The notes under the pieces were generated by a model. The model was given only the letters and a program-made list of their open reading frames with translations. It searched no databases and had not been told where the DNA came from. Below are positions 10,601 through 18,820 of a DNA stretch of 53,795 nt, one piece after another (position 1 is the stretch's first letter; each line of letters begins with the position of its first letter). Origin of the DNA: a virus (taxonomy: Duplodnaviria; Caudoviricetes); the IMG/VR virus record IMGVR_UViG_3300025093_000026, positions 1 to 53,795 of that record. One strand, 5' to 3'. A program made the position numbers and the translations under genes.

Positions 10601-12280
10601 ACGCATGTTTATAATTTAGTAGAAGAAAAGCTACGATCCTATAAAGAAATGATCAGCGGCCGGCCTGCTTATAGCGAATTGTTATTTTTTGAAATTGAAA
10701 AATATAGAGGCGATATCCAAGGTTTAGACGAAGACCAGATAAAACAAAATCTTGTACAAACATTTTATATTCCAAATTCTAATGAATTTGATGAAGATGG
10801 AGTTATGCACTTCATCGACTCACAAGTTGTATTTGGGCAGCCGTATACTTATGTTATAAAAGAAATCAAGTATGTTATGGGATCCCTATATCAATATGCT
10901 TCACGTATGATTACTCCTGGATTTAGTGCTGATGCTGGCACAAATCCATTTGGACAGAAAGATAATCTTGATGATGTATCTAAGTATACTCTTGGGCTTT
11001 TAGAATATGACGAAGGCAATGCTAATCCTGGCGATGTAACATTTAAACAAGAAGGAATAACTGCTATTGGTACGGCTCCCGATAATCAATCTGGATTGAC
11101 AGCAGTAAAAGTAAAGAAAAATTTGCAGGCAGAATGTTTAACAACCGTTCGAACACAGCCTAGCCACAAGATGCTGCCTCTACCTTTTGCAACAGCAAAA
11201 GCAATAATAAAAGAACTTCCTCCCACACCACCCCGTGTTGATATAATTCCTTATCAAGAAAAAGCTGATCGCCTGTACATCGCTTTTCAGGCAACGACGG
11301 ATGATTTTTATGCTGTTCCTGTTGGTCTAACAGAAGAAGAAAATAATGTTTCAACTCAAATAGCAAAATATGATGATTACGGAATTGAAGGGCCGGCAAA
11401 TTTAGAAAATCCTGATGAACTAGATGTACCAACAGATCAACTAGAACAAATCGGCGATATACCAAAAGCTGTTCATTACAAGAGCGAAGGTGATATATTT
11501 GCTTTTGAGTCTTATCGTATCTCTGAAGAAGATAGGCCTTTCGGACCAATTAGTTATTTAGATTTTGGTGATGAAACTATTTCTCAAAAAACAACTTTGA
11601 GCTTTAAAGAAAGGACAACTTTTATTGATACCTTAAAACCAAATGTAAACTATTATTATATCTTTAGAAGCATTGATACTCCTCGCAGTGGCTTGATTGG
11701 CAATATATTGAGGAGAAACTGGTCTAATCCAACTAATGTGCATAGAGTTAAATTAGTAAAAAATCGAGATACAGTTTATCTAGATATGGAAGTTCAGCCT
11801 CTAAGATATTTTATGGTGCAAGCAAAAATCAACGATAAAGTGCCTTCGAAGCCATTTAAAAAATATCTAATGCTCAAGCCCTCCTTGGAACAGAGTATAT
11901 TAAATACTGATGATCAAGCTGGAGGAATTAATTATTGGAGCAATGATATATATCCTTCCATTAAGGAGTGGGTATTTGGAGCAATTGGAGCTGATGCTGC
12001 AATGATTCCTCTAGGTACTACAAACAAAACTATTTTTGGAACAGCAAAAAATTCATCTGGAGCAGGACAAAACAAAAATGTTGGAAAATTTAAATTAAGA
12101 CTAACATCAAAGAGAACTGGTAGAAGAGTAGACATTATGATTGGCTGTCCCACGCCAAAACTTTATGATGGCTTAAACGAGGTATTAAGCAATACACAAT
12201 TTATGTTCGACACCTCCACGGAAGATATATCTGCAACAACAGCTGCAATCTTATCTGCTATAACCATAGAAGACGATTAA
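7655..12280 (+). CDS. hypothetical large protein (1541 aa), probably virion-associated
   Basis: Long ORF with AAGGA RBS; acidic; C-terminal part has FN3-like beta character (PPTPPRVDI, LKPNVNYYYIFRSID). Confidence 0.55.
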   Translation: MLKGTRIAYLDTWTTQYVPHLLDEPRARNLGQLGNIDEMSNKAFEGPTPAKKWETFMSMFLGSQNSIPSIYSDNFINAFISVDGLYIDNINFAPFFFLTDPYGLEAAFLVKQFFLNGPDLLRYHFGFYMADFQKWRDINAGNPDPSFGPDGAPSPGTWVNTNINMTSEDVLAETDNIAPFGWFEYIGSNEDEVDTSSFIWGDVREVFGDPAFNGPTKLEAFKIRTADNLLAKRSQTRAPWYYSQLNLTAHPDLLNAFFSSYYDTDPGSATTTGADPNELNFLPLQGLFTPPNESSLGAPDDPEDPTGEGDFKQASMCWMFNNIITAPPFTTQLMGFDNTGWDWQSSLGADTSIAPAQANIFFRKQNNVDDDPYNLYSTIQGFEGQAFIPPGIGDDWKNLADLMRRHGNLSGLKKSPAYAYVSPQKLFINGGLYKGLFAPVGKGFVRLPKPGGSGDGAIPVPEEDPAASEVFNKINILLGEEGANVDIDPANIQDPMDWDIENLRKSDQDLANVPKSPSIYRTFSTEETSPLQYANDSAWRHTDHYFEHYLPFNGAEEAAAAKEKYLAHFQQDNSSQVPDTSFKTKYWKHKAIYSYTYTPYEETISIVAGSTPSGYDIELFLPNFHALLEESRTILNAADYNSGGEEQLANRDAYIHSTLNYRLGHNHLRPILQLGGQIDFDPSKANMGSWDGDQSLIPSEFGSYGAPDWAGDNFNIGEMPSWKKVPYLFEWQKVFRENYQNIFADEEMLKSTLDYKEVILMPKVMKRYKEIGYSFKHIMPHYVQFEFGSFNNSNTKTKSISENTPEIRMSDILNETGFMPLVIAFYKYYKKTEIQPEYNETLAGSWRGQIQMSSRDPKFRWPLARYNSINGIEDWGKKRTAEFHTIFNLDNFFKFWMGDQGFLPVKVGSGDADDLFEALKEMDFPNDNGGDFGTETIAPFIGDLYNMQIIDVRPEEEWDTSAIWKEILQLSENVGTGTNELITHVYNLVEEKLRSYKEMISGRPAYSELLFFEIEKYRGDIQGLDEDQIKQNLVQTFYIPNSNEFDEDGVMHFIDSQVVFGQPYTYVIKEIKYVMGSLYQYASRMITPGFSADAGTNPFGQKDNLDDVSKYTLGLLEYDEGNANPGDVTFKQEGITAIGTAPDNQSGLTAVKVKKNLQAECLTTVRTQPSHKMLPLPFATAKAIIKELPPTPPRVDIIPYQEKADRLYIAFQATTDDFYAVPVGLTEEENNVSTQIAKYDDYGIEGPANLENPDELDVPTDQLEQIGDIPKAVHYKSEGDIFAFESYRISEEDRPFGPISYLDFGDETISQKTTLSFKERTTFIDTLKPNVNYYYIFRSIDTPRSGLIGNILRRNWSNPTNVHRVKLVKNRDTVYLDMEVQPLRYFMVQAKINDKVPSKPFKKYLMLKPSLEQSILNTDDQAGGINYWSNDIYPSIKEWVFGAIGADAAMIPLGTTNKTIFGTAKNSSGAGQNKNVGKFKLRLTSKRTGRRVDIMIGCPTPKLYDGLNEVLSNTQFMFDTSTEDISATTAAILSAITIEDD

Positions 12281-12339
12281 GTGTTGCTTACCTTAAAACA
12301 ATTTTTAGCAACAGTTTGATTTTATTTAAATTTTGAGTA

Positions 12340-12346
12340 CTAATTA
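12340..12346 (+). promoter_or_regulatory. CTAWWTA candidate late promoter
   Basis: CTAATTA in the intergenic gap upstream of the 12380 ORF; the motif recurs upstream of most structural genes. Confidence 0.55.
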
Positions 12347-12379
12347 TATTAAAATCTATACAAACGGAGTATATTAAAA

Positions 12380-13387
12380 ATGGGTTTCTTAGACAATTCT
12401 GGCGATATTATACTAGATGCAGTGCTTACCACTGAAGGTCGCCGCCGTATGGCAAGAGGAGATGGATCCTTTAAAATTACGCACTGGGCGCCAGGCGATA
12501 ATGAAATTAATTATGCAAACTATAATGCAAACCATCCCAGCGGTTCTGCGTATTATGACCTAGAAATTATGAAGACTCCAATTTTGGAACCCACGTCAAA
12601 CCCAGATCAATTAATCAATCGCTTAATGACAATAAGTCGAAATGATTTGTTATATCTCCCAATCATGAAACTCGTGACAGGATTAGATATTAGTTCTACT
12701 GTTAATGATGGTAAGATCAACGGAGAGAACTATGCGCTTGAACCAAACGCACAGCTTTTCTATGTCACTGTTGACTTGGCTACTTCTACTAGTCAAGGAT
12801 CCGATAATAAAGAACTTTATACAAAGAAGGGTGTTATTCGAGGTGATGGAATCGTTCGAGGCGCCGCAGCAACATCAGGAATTATGTGGGACCAAGGATT
12901 GGATACACTTGAAATTCCTCAATCACTTAGCTTAGACGCTGGCCTTGTAGAAACACAATACCAGATGATTATGGATGGTCGACTCGGCGCAATTGCTAAT
13001 CCACCGACATCTAATAACACTAGAGTCCTAAGTCCCAATTTCACGGATCAAAATAGACAAACAACATATTATGTTTCTTTGACTACCAATCCAAATATCA
13101 TTACTAGAATGCAGCCACCAAATCCAAATCTTAATCCCACCGAGCGTGTCTCTGTGATCAACGGACCACTAGGCACAAGAGGACAAATAGGCGTTAGAGC
13201 TTCTACGGAAATGCGATCATCAGACGCTCTATTTACTCGCTTGGGACAGACCATAACTAATCCAACAATTGATGGAATTACGTTTACTGGCTCATTTAGA
13301 ACAATTGACACAGTTATAAAAGTTGTTGGTATGACAACTGGTTATCAAATTAATGTGCCGATTAGATATATTAAATTAATAGGATAA
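12380..13387 (+). CDS. putative baseplate/tail structural protein
   Basis: GGAG RBS; LTxxGRxxxAxG N-terminal motif reminiscent of myophage baseplate/tail-fibre attachment domains; paralog of the 3008 N-terminus. Confidence 0.55.
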   Translation: MGFLDNSGDIILDAVLTTEGRRRMARGDGSFKITHWAPGDNEINYANYNANHPSGSAYYDLEIMKTPILEPTSNPDQLINRLMTISRNDLLYLPIMKLVTGLDISSTVNDGKINGENYALEPNAQLFYVTVDLATSTSQGSDNKELYTKKGVIRGDGIVRGAAATSGIMWDQGLDTLEIPQSLSLDAGLVETQYQMIMDGRLGAIANPPTSNNTRVLSPNFTDQNRQTTYYVSLTTNPNIITRMQPPNPNLNPTERVSVINGPLGTRGQIGVRASTEMRSSDALFTRLGQTITNPTIDGITFTGSFRTIDTVIKVVGMTTGYQINVPIRYIKLIG

Positions 13388-13391
13388 TATA

Positions 13392-14474
13392 ATGATTTCT
13401 ACAAAAACATTTTTAAATAACGATATCACAACAACTAAAACACTGATTAATCAGGCTGTTACAGTAACGGGTTCAATCTTATCTGGTACATACGCAGCAG
13501 ATTCTAACGTCAAGCCTATACCAAATGGATTAGGCTTGAAGCTCTACGATTTTCCTTACCTAAGCTCTTCAGCTAACTTTCTTTTTGACTTGACAGTTGG
13601 ATTTGCTAGAGATTCTGTTGCAGCAGGAAAAACTCCTCAACAAACAACGACCGAAGGTTTTAAAAATAGTAAAATCGCTATATACGAAAACAGTGCTCAA
13701 GTTCACGTTGGATATGATGCTAATGGCTCTATTCTTCAATTTGATAATGATGGAATCATTAACGATAACTTGAATAAAATGGACTCTTGTTTATTTTTTA
13801 ATTTCAATAAACAATTAGCTAGCGATGAATTCTCAAAAGGCTTGTTCACTATTGAATTAGGAGTGGGAAGTTATGCCGATCCATTCTCATCAGTAGTTGT
13901 TTTGCAAGACTTGTCCGGATCTAATGGATTTTTTACGAATTCTCCAGCAGGACATTACGGAACATTGTTCTTGACAAATTCAGTGGGCACTGCAACTGCC
14001 GGCGCCTCTGCGCAGCGCGCAGGAATTGTTTTCTATCAAGCTGGCGTCGCAGTAGTTACATCGTCGGTATTTACTGATCAAATGTTGTCTTCCTCGGTTG
14101 CAGATTGGATTCCGGGCGCAACTGCTCAAGATATTATTACTGCAATGACAGGTACTTCAATTACTGGAAATTGTGAGGCTCTGCGTCATAGAATTAGAAA
14201 TGTAAGTTTCGTTAATGCAACAGAAATTAATTCAACAATAATGTTCTGCCGCGGCAACTCAAATGAATTCAATTTTAGTTCTAACCCAACATACCTTTCT
14301 GGTAGTAAAATTAGAGTAAAAGGAGAAGATCCTAATACAAATCCAAGAACTTATTGGACAACAATTGGACTATATTCAGCAGACAATCGTCTTATGGCTG
14401 TTGCAAAAACTTCAGAACCTCTCTTTAAGGATCCAACAACTGAATTAACTTTAAGAATTCGTTTAGATTACTAG
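13392..14474 (+). CDS. putative baseplate/tail structural protein
   Basis: C-terminal NxSxNPTY...TTIGLYSADNRLMAVAKTSEPLFK...LRIRLDY shared with the next ORF. Confidence 0.55.
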   Translation: MISTKTFLNNDITTTKTLINQAVTVTGSILSGTYAADSNVKPIPNGLGLKLYDFPYLSSSANFLFDLTVGFARDSVAAGKTPQQTTTEGFKNSKIAIYENSAQVHVGYDANGSILQFDNDGIINDNLNKMDSCLFFNFNKQLASDEFSKGLFTIELGVGSYADPFSSVVVLQDLSGSNGFFTNSPAGHYGTLFLTNSVGTATAGASAQRAGIVFYQAGVAVVTSSVFTDQMLSSSVADWIPGATAQDIITAMTGTSITGNCEALRHRIRNVSFVNATEINSTIMFCRGNSNEFNFSSNPTYLSGSKIRVKGEDPNTNPRTYWTTIGLYSADNRLMAVAKTSEPLFKDPTTELTLRIRLDY

Positions 14475-14484
14475 GATAAACAAA

Positions 14485-15645
14485 ATGTCATTTTATAAGT
14501 TTGGTAAAAATGATTTATATACCAACGTTATAACAACTTATCCGGAAGTTAATTTTTTTATATACGGCACAAAAAGATACTTAGCAAACCAGGATAGGTC
14601 AAAAGTTAATTCCAACAATCCTTCTGGTCATGTTAATCTATACGAGTTAAATGTTAATAGAGATTCGGATAATTTGATTTATCCTTTTATGCCTAAAGAT
14701 TCTACTCTTACGACATTTAAAAAAATAACAACTGATAGCTTTGCATCTCAAAGTTATGGCACTATTGTTACCGGTTCATTTCCTTTAACTGCTAGTATTA
14801 CTACTATCCTTTATACTGCATCTGCAACGCCACTATCTGTTATGTCTAGAAAATATGTTGAAGCATGCGTCAATATTCTTAATAACAACGTTGTTAATTC
14901 TCCACATTATCAATTCTCATCTAGTTTGGGCGATAAAAGCTCGCAAGAGTTGACATTGATTGATATCCCCACGATAATTCGCGGAGATGGAATTAAGAAA
15001 GGCACTGTAACATTAGATTTTTTTGTTTCTGGCTCCTCATTGGGCAAGCTGGTCGACAAGAATAGGAATGGCGAATTAATTCAAATTGATGGTCATATAC
15101 CTTCAAACGATGAAAAGGTCGCCGGCGTTGTTCTATATGAAGAAGGTATAATTATTCTAACTGGTAGCTGGGATTTGTCTACTACACATACAGAAAGATA
15201 TAGAGGTGATACTCTAGCAGCTAGCGCTCCAAAATGGAATGCTTTTGCACGCTTAACAGAACTAACTCCGTCATCTTCATATCAGATTAAATTTAGTGGC
15301 TCACAGCAAACATCTGTTTTAACTATGATGGCTCGTGCTCCAGCGAGCGAATTAAATTTAAGTCATAATCCGACATATGTACAATATAATAATGAGTTGT
15401 CAGGAAATACGGTCTCTGTCTTAACTTCATCAACAAGTTTTTATGAGACTTCAGAAAGAGTAATTAAGAATACGGTATCTTCATCTTTTATGTGCCATAG
15501 TGAAAGTTTCAAAAGACAAACATTCATAACCAAAATTGGAATTTATGATAAAGAAAAGAATCTAATCGCTATAGCAAACATGGCACGTGCAGTTAAAAAA
15601 ACGGAAGATAGAGATCTAACTTTTAAACTTAAGTTAGATATATAG
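14485..15645 (+). CDS. putative baseplate/tail structural protein (paralog of 13392 ORF)
   Basis: C-terminal NLSHNPTY...ITKIGIYDKEKNLIAIANMARAVKK...LKLDI; also shares the G(I/V)V(F/L)YxxG motif. Confidence 0.55.
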   Translation: MSFYKFGKNDLYTNVITTYPEVNFFIYGTKRYLANQDRSKVNSNNPSGHVNLYELNVNRDSDNLIYPFMPKDSTLTTFKKITTDSFASQSYGTIVTGSFPLTASITTILYTASATPLSVMSRKYVEACVNILNNNVVNSPHYQFSSSLGDKSSQELTLIDIPTIIRGDGIKKGTVTLDFFVSGSSLGKLVDKNRNGELIQIDGHIPSNDEKVAGVVLYEEGIIILTGSWDLSTTHTERYRGDTLAASAPKWNAFARLTELTPSSSYQIKFSGSQQTSVLTMMARAPASELNLSHNPTYVQYNNELSGNTVSVLTSSTSFYETSERVIKNTVSSSFMCHSESFKRQTFITKIGIYDKEKNLIAIANMARAVKKTEDRDLTFKLKLDI

Positions 15646-15651
15646 TATAAT
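15646..15651 (+). promoter_or_regulatory. possible sigma70-type -10 box giving a leaderless RuvC transcript
   Basis: Perfect TATAAT with 6 nt before the ATG at 15658; no SD; only a weak -35 (TTTAAA). Confidence 0.35.
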
Positions 15652-15657
15652 ATCAAT

Positions 15658-16188
15658 ATGATTTTAGGTTTAGATATTAGCACTAGCATAACAGGTGCGA
15701 CCGTTATTGATGAGAATGGCAAAGTTACTTACAACGAAGCTTGGGACTTAAGAAAGTATAAAGAATTCTTTCAAAAAGCAGAAGTTGTTAAAGGTAAGAT
15801 TTGGGAACTAGAGGATACTTTTTTTATCAAAGAGATTTACATTGAACAATCACTTCAAAGCTTTAGAAGTGGCTTCTCCTCAGCGAAAACACTTTCTACA
15901 CTATCTCGCTTTAATGGCGTCGTTTCGTGGCTATGTTATGATATATTAAAACTGAAGCCTGAGTACATTGCTGCGACCTCCGCAAGAAAAAAGTGCGGCA
16001 TCAAAGTTCCAAAAGGAACCAAAGCAAAACAAGTTATAATACAATATGTACTTGACAATGTACCATCTGTTCTTATAGAATATACTAAGCACGGCAATCC
16101 AAAACCGCATTGTTTTGACAAGGCAGATAGTTGGGTTATAGCCAATGCGGGGTATGTATGTCAGACGGAAAAAAGCGCGCAATCCTAA
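15658..16188 (+). CDS. RuvC-like Holliday junction resolvase
   Basis: MILGLDISTSITG (catalytic D), IYIEQ (catalytic E) and C-terminal DKADSWVIA (DxxD): the RNase H-fold RuvC pattern. Confidence 0.85.
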   Translation: MILGLDISTSITGATVIDENGKVTYNEAWDLRKYKEFFQKAEVVKGKIWELEDTFFIKEIYIEQSLQSFRSGFSSAKTLSTLSRFNGVVSWLCYDILKLKPEYIAATSARKKCGIKVPKGTKAKQVIIQYVLDNVPSVLIEYTKHGNPKPHCFDKADSWVIANAGYVCQTEKSAQS

Positions 16189-17099
16189 GAAATGTTTTAG
16201 GTTATTATCATCAGGCTGGAAACGAGCTTCTCTTTGCTTGTCCAAAATGTAATCATCACAAAAATAAACTATCAGTTAATATTGATCGTGATGTTTTTAA
16301 ATGCTGGGTTTGTGAATATTCCGGTCGTTCAATCTATCGGCTTGTGCGCCGCTACGGAAACTACGAACAGCGAAAAGAATGGGGACAGCTAACACAACAA
16401 ATTGATGTCTCAACTTTCGCAGAAGTTTTGTTACAAGACGATAACTTTGTAGAAGAAGAACAAACACTTGATTTACCAGAGCAGTTTGTATCTCTCGCAA
16501 ACAAAAATCTTCCAAAAACTTCTCTATATGCTCTAAATTATTTGGAAAGCCGCGGCATCTTCAAGCAAGATATCGTCAAATGGAAAATCGGCTATTGTGA
16601 CGACGGTGATTTTGGATCACGGATTATTGTTCCTTCTTTTGGCTTGACCGGAAAAGCAAACTTTTTTATCGCTAGGACATATGGAGATGATTGGAGAAAG
16701 TATAAAAATCCCCAAGCAAGCAAAGATATCATTTTCAATGAACTGTATCTTGACTTTGATGAAGATATGATTTTGGTTGAGGGCGTTTTTGACGCTATAA
16801 AAGCAGGAGACAACGCTGTTCCAATTCTTGGCTCAACCCTTCGCGAACATTCCAAACTATTCCAAAAGATTGTGGAAAATGATACACCAGTCTATATTGC
16901 TTTAGATCCAGATGTGGACAGAAAAACGTTGAGAATTATAAAACTTTTGTTAGAATACGACATTGAAGTTCATAAAATTAATATTTTACCTTACAACGAT
17001 GTTGGCGAAATGTCCAGGCAACAGTTCCTAAAGAGAAAAGAAGAAGCTACATTTATCAAATCTTATGACTATTTAATTAATGAAATCTTTAATTTATAA
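16158..17099 (+). CDS. DNA primase (Zn finger + TOPRIM)
   Basis: CPKC..H..KLSVN..FKCWVC zinc-binding domain, YLESRGI, RIIVPSF, VEGVFDA and LDPD TOPRIM motifs. Likely start is the ATG at 16158. Confidence 0.88.
   Translation: MSDGKKRAILRNVLGYYHQAGNELLFACPKCNHHKNKLSVNIDRDVFKCWVCEYSGRSIYRLVRRYGNYEQRKEWGQLTQQIDVSTFAEVLLQDDNFVEEEQTLDLPEQFVSLANKNLPKTSLYALNYLESRGIFKQDIVKWKIGYCDDGDFGSRIIVPSFGLTGKANFFIARTYGDDWRKYKNPQASKDIIFNELYLDFDEDMILVEGVFDAIKAGDNAVPILGSTLREHSKLFQKIVENDTPVYIALDPDVDRKTLRIIKLLLEYDIEVHKINILPYNDVGEMSRQQFLKRKEEATFIKSYDYLINEIFNL
17069..17075 (+). promoter_or_regulatory. CTAWWTA candidate late promoter (inside primase 3' end)
   Basis: CTATTTA 43 nt upstream of the Cys-rich peptide / leader-protein cluster. 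Confidence 0.45.
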
Positions 17100-17111
17100 G
17101 GAGATTGATTA

Positions 17112-17210
17112 ATGAAAAAATTTTTACACAGATTAGCAAATTTATTTAACGACAAACATTGTTGCTGCTGCTGTGGCTGCTGTTCTTGCGCCGACTGCGG
17201 AGACTGCTAG
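17112..17210 (+). CDS. 32-aa Cys-rich, metallothionein-like peptide MKKFLHRLANLFNDKHCCCCCGCCSCADCGDC
   Basis: Not in the ORF track. Strong TAAGGAG RBS; fills the gap between primase and the next gene (TAG abuts GTG at 17211); 10 Cys in the last 16 residues. Confidence 0.75.
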   Translation: MKKFLHRLANLFNDKHCCCCCGCCSCADCGDC

Positions 17211-17711
17211 GTGAAACTTATATTTGAAAGCTGGCGAAAGTTTTTAAAAGAAGAAGCCTCTGAAGAAAAGATTGAAGACGTTGTCGTAGACATCTTAAAA
17301 GACGAAGGCGGCGCCGCAGGATTAGATCCTATTGAGAAAGCCGTTGAGGAGTTAGATTTACCAGAAGGTTTTGATTTAAAAGACTTTCTAAAAGGTCTTA
17401 GAGGTGTTGGGCAACACGAAGATGGCGACTACATCTTGGAAGACGGTGAAGAAATTCACGTAAAAGAAGGCATTGAAATTTTCTTGGAAGCGCAAGAAGA
17501 AATGCTTGACGAAAAAAGAAAAAGATCTAAAAAAAGAACAAAGAAGAAACGTAAAGCTAAAAAGAAAAAGAAAGGTAAAAAAGATGCTTGTTATCATAAA
17601 GTAAGATCAAGATATAGCGTCTGGCCTTCTGCGTATGCATCAGGTGCTCTTGTAAAGTGTCGTAAAGTCGGCGCTAAGAATTGGGGCACAGGCGGGAAGA
17701 AAAAGAAATGA
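17211..17711 (+). CDS. putative internal head protein: leader + acidic region + Lys-rich/Cys domain (DUF5872-like WPSAYASG motif)
   Basis: MKLIFESWRKFLKEE leader, acidic middle, then MLDE-KRKRSKKRTKKKRK...ACYHKVRSRYSVWPSAYASGALVKCRK. Confidence 0.65.
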   Translation: MKLIFESWRKFLKEEASEEKIEDVVVDILKDEGGAAGLDPIEKAVEELDLPEGFDLKDFLKGLRGVGQHEDGDYILEDGEEIHVKEGIEIFLEAQEEMLDEKRKRSKKRTKKKRKAKKKKKGKKDACYHKVRSRYSVWPSAYASGALVKCRKVGAKNWGTGGKKKK

Positions 17712-18064
17712 AAATCTCTGAAGAAGAATTAAACCAAATTATCAGAGAAGAAGTTCTAAAATATTTGGAAGAAAAGAAAAAAAAGAAGAAGAAAAAGAAG
17801 AAAAGAAAATTAACCGCTAAGCCAAGCTCTGAAAAAAGCCTTCGTGATTGGTTTGGAAGAAAAGGCGCAAAAGGTAAAAAAGGCGGATGGGTTGATTGTA
17901 ACACTTGCCGCAAAGATAAAAAAACAGGCCGCAAGAAATGTAAATCTTGTGGAAGATCAACCGGAGAGAAGAGAGCAAAATATCCATCTTGTCGTCCAAC
18001 ACCGGGCGCTTGTGGTAAAAAAGGAAATTACGGCAAAAAATCAAAAGCCGGGAAAAAAGGATAA
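17708..18064 (+). CDS. putative internal head protein, leader + poly-Lys + Cys-rich basic domain
   Basis: ATGA overlap with the previous gene; MKISEEELNQIIREEVLKYLEE-K10, then SLRDWF..GGWVDCNTC..CKSC..YPSCRP. Confidence 0.65.
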   Translation: MKISEEELNQIIREEVLKYLEEKKKKKKKKKKRKLTAKPSSEKSLRDWFGRKGAKGKKGGWVDCNTCRKDKKTGRKKCKSCGRSTGEKRAKYPSCRPTPGACGKKGNYGKKSKAGKKG

Positions 18065-18069
18065 CCATT

Positions 18070-18393
18070 ATGAAAATCACAAAAGAATATCTAGAACAGA
18101 TCATCAAAGAAGAAATTGAGGCAGTTTTAAATGAAGAAGAAGGACTTAACGAGGCTTCGTGGCACTGGACGGAAAGTAAAGACTTGTGTATGAGACTCTC
18201 AGAAAATTGGGCGGTGGACTGGGATTCAGGCTTACAAAAATATCGCGCAAGAAAAGGCGGAGATCAAAAACAGTGTTGTATGTGCGGTGGAGCGCCAGCG
18301 GGGACGGAGCGTAATCCAGATGGCACACTCAAGGGCGTTGATTATTTTGACCCCAAAGATCCAGCACAAAAGAAAGCCTGCTTAGGATTTTAA
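18070..18393 (+). CDS. MKITK-leader protein with Cys-containing cargo
   Basis: MKITKEYLEQIIKEEIEAVLNEEEGLNE leader followed by an unrelated domain (CCMC). Confidence 0.65.
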   Translation: MKITKEYLEQIIKEEIEAVLNEEEGLNEASWHWTESKDLCMRLSENWAVDWDSGLQKYRARKGGDQKQCCMCGGAPAGTERNPDGTLKGVDYFDPKDPAQKKACLGF

Positions 18394-18416
18394 AAATAAT
18401 ATCTGAGGAATAAACA

Positions 18417-18815
18417 ATGAAAATCACAAAAGAATATCTACAAGAAATTATTAAAGAAGAATTAGAGGCTGCTCTTAATGAAGAAGAGTTCTACGAAGTT
18501 GATGCTAAAGATATAAACGAAGAATTCTGTCCAGTTTGCGCTCCATTAGAAGAGAAGAAAAAAAAGAAGAAAAAGAAGAAAGCCTGTAAGCCATCCAAAG
18601 GCAAAAGATTTGCTAAAAGAGTTGATGGTAGATGCATCTCACACGGTCAAGCAGGAAAAGCAAAAGATGGTGGTGATAGAATACGCCCCGGTACAGCAAA
18701 AGGTGATGCTTATTGCGCAAGATCAGCAGGCATCAAAAAATGTAAAAATCCACCGTGCGCAAATACACTTTCTAGAAAGAAGTGGAAATGCCGCGGCAAA
18801 AAATCAATGAAATGA
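18417..18815 (+). CDS. MKITK-leader protein, poly-Lys + Cys-rich basic cargo
   Basis: MKITKEYLQEIIKEELEAALNEEE...PLEE-K9, then ..GDAYCARSAGIKKC..SRKKWKC. Confidence 0.65.
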   Translation: MKITKEYLQEIIKEELEAALNEEEFYEVDAKDINEEFCPVCAPLEEKKKKKKKKKACKPSKGKRFAKRVDGRCISHGQAGKAKDGGDRIRPGTAKGDAYCARSAGIKKCKNPPCANTLSRKKWKCRGKKSMK

Positions 18816-18820
18816 ATTAC

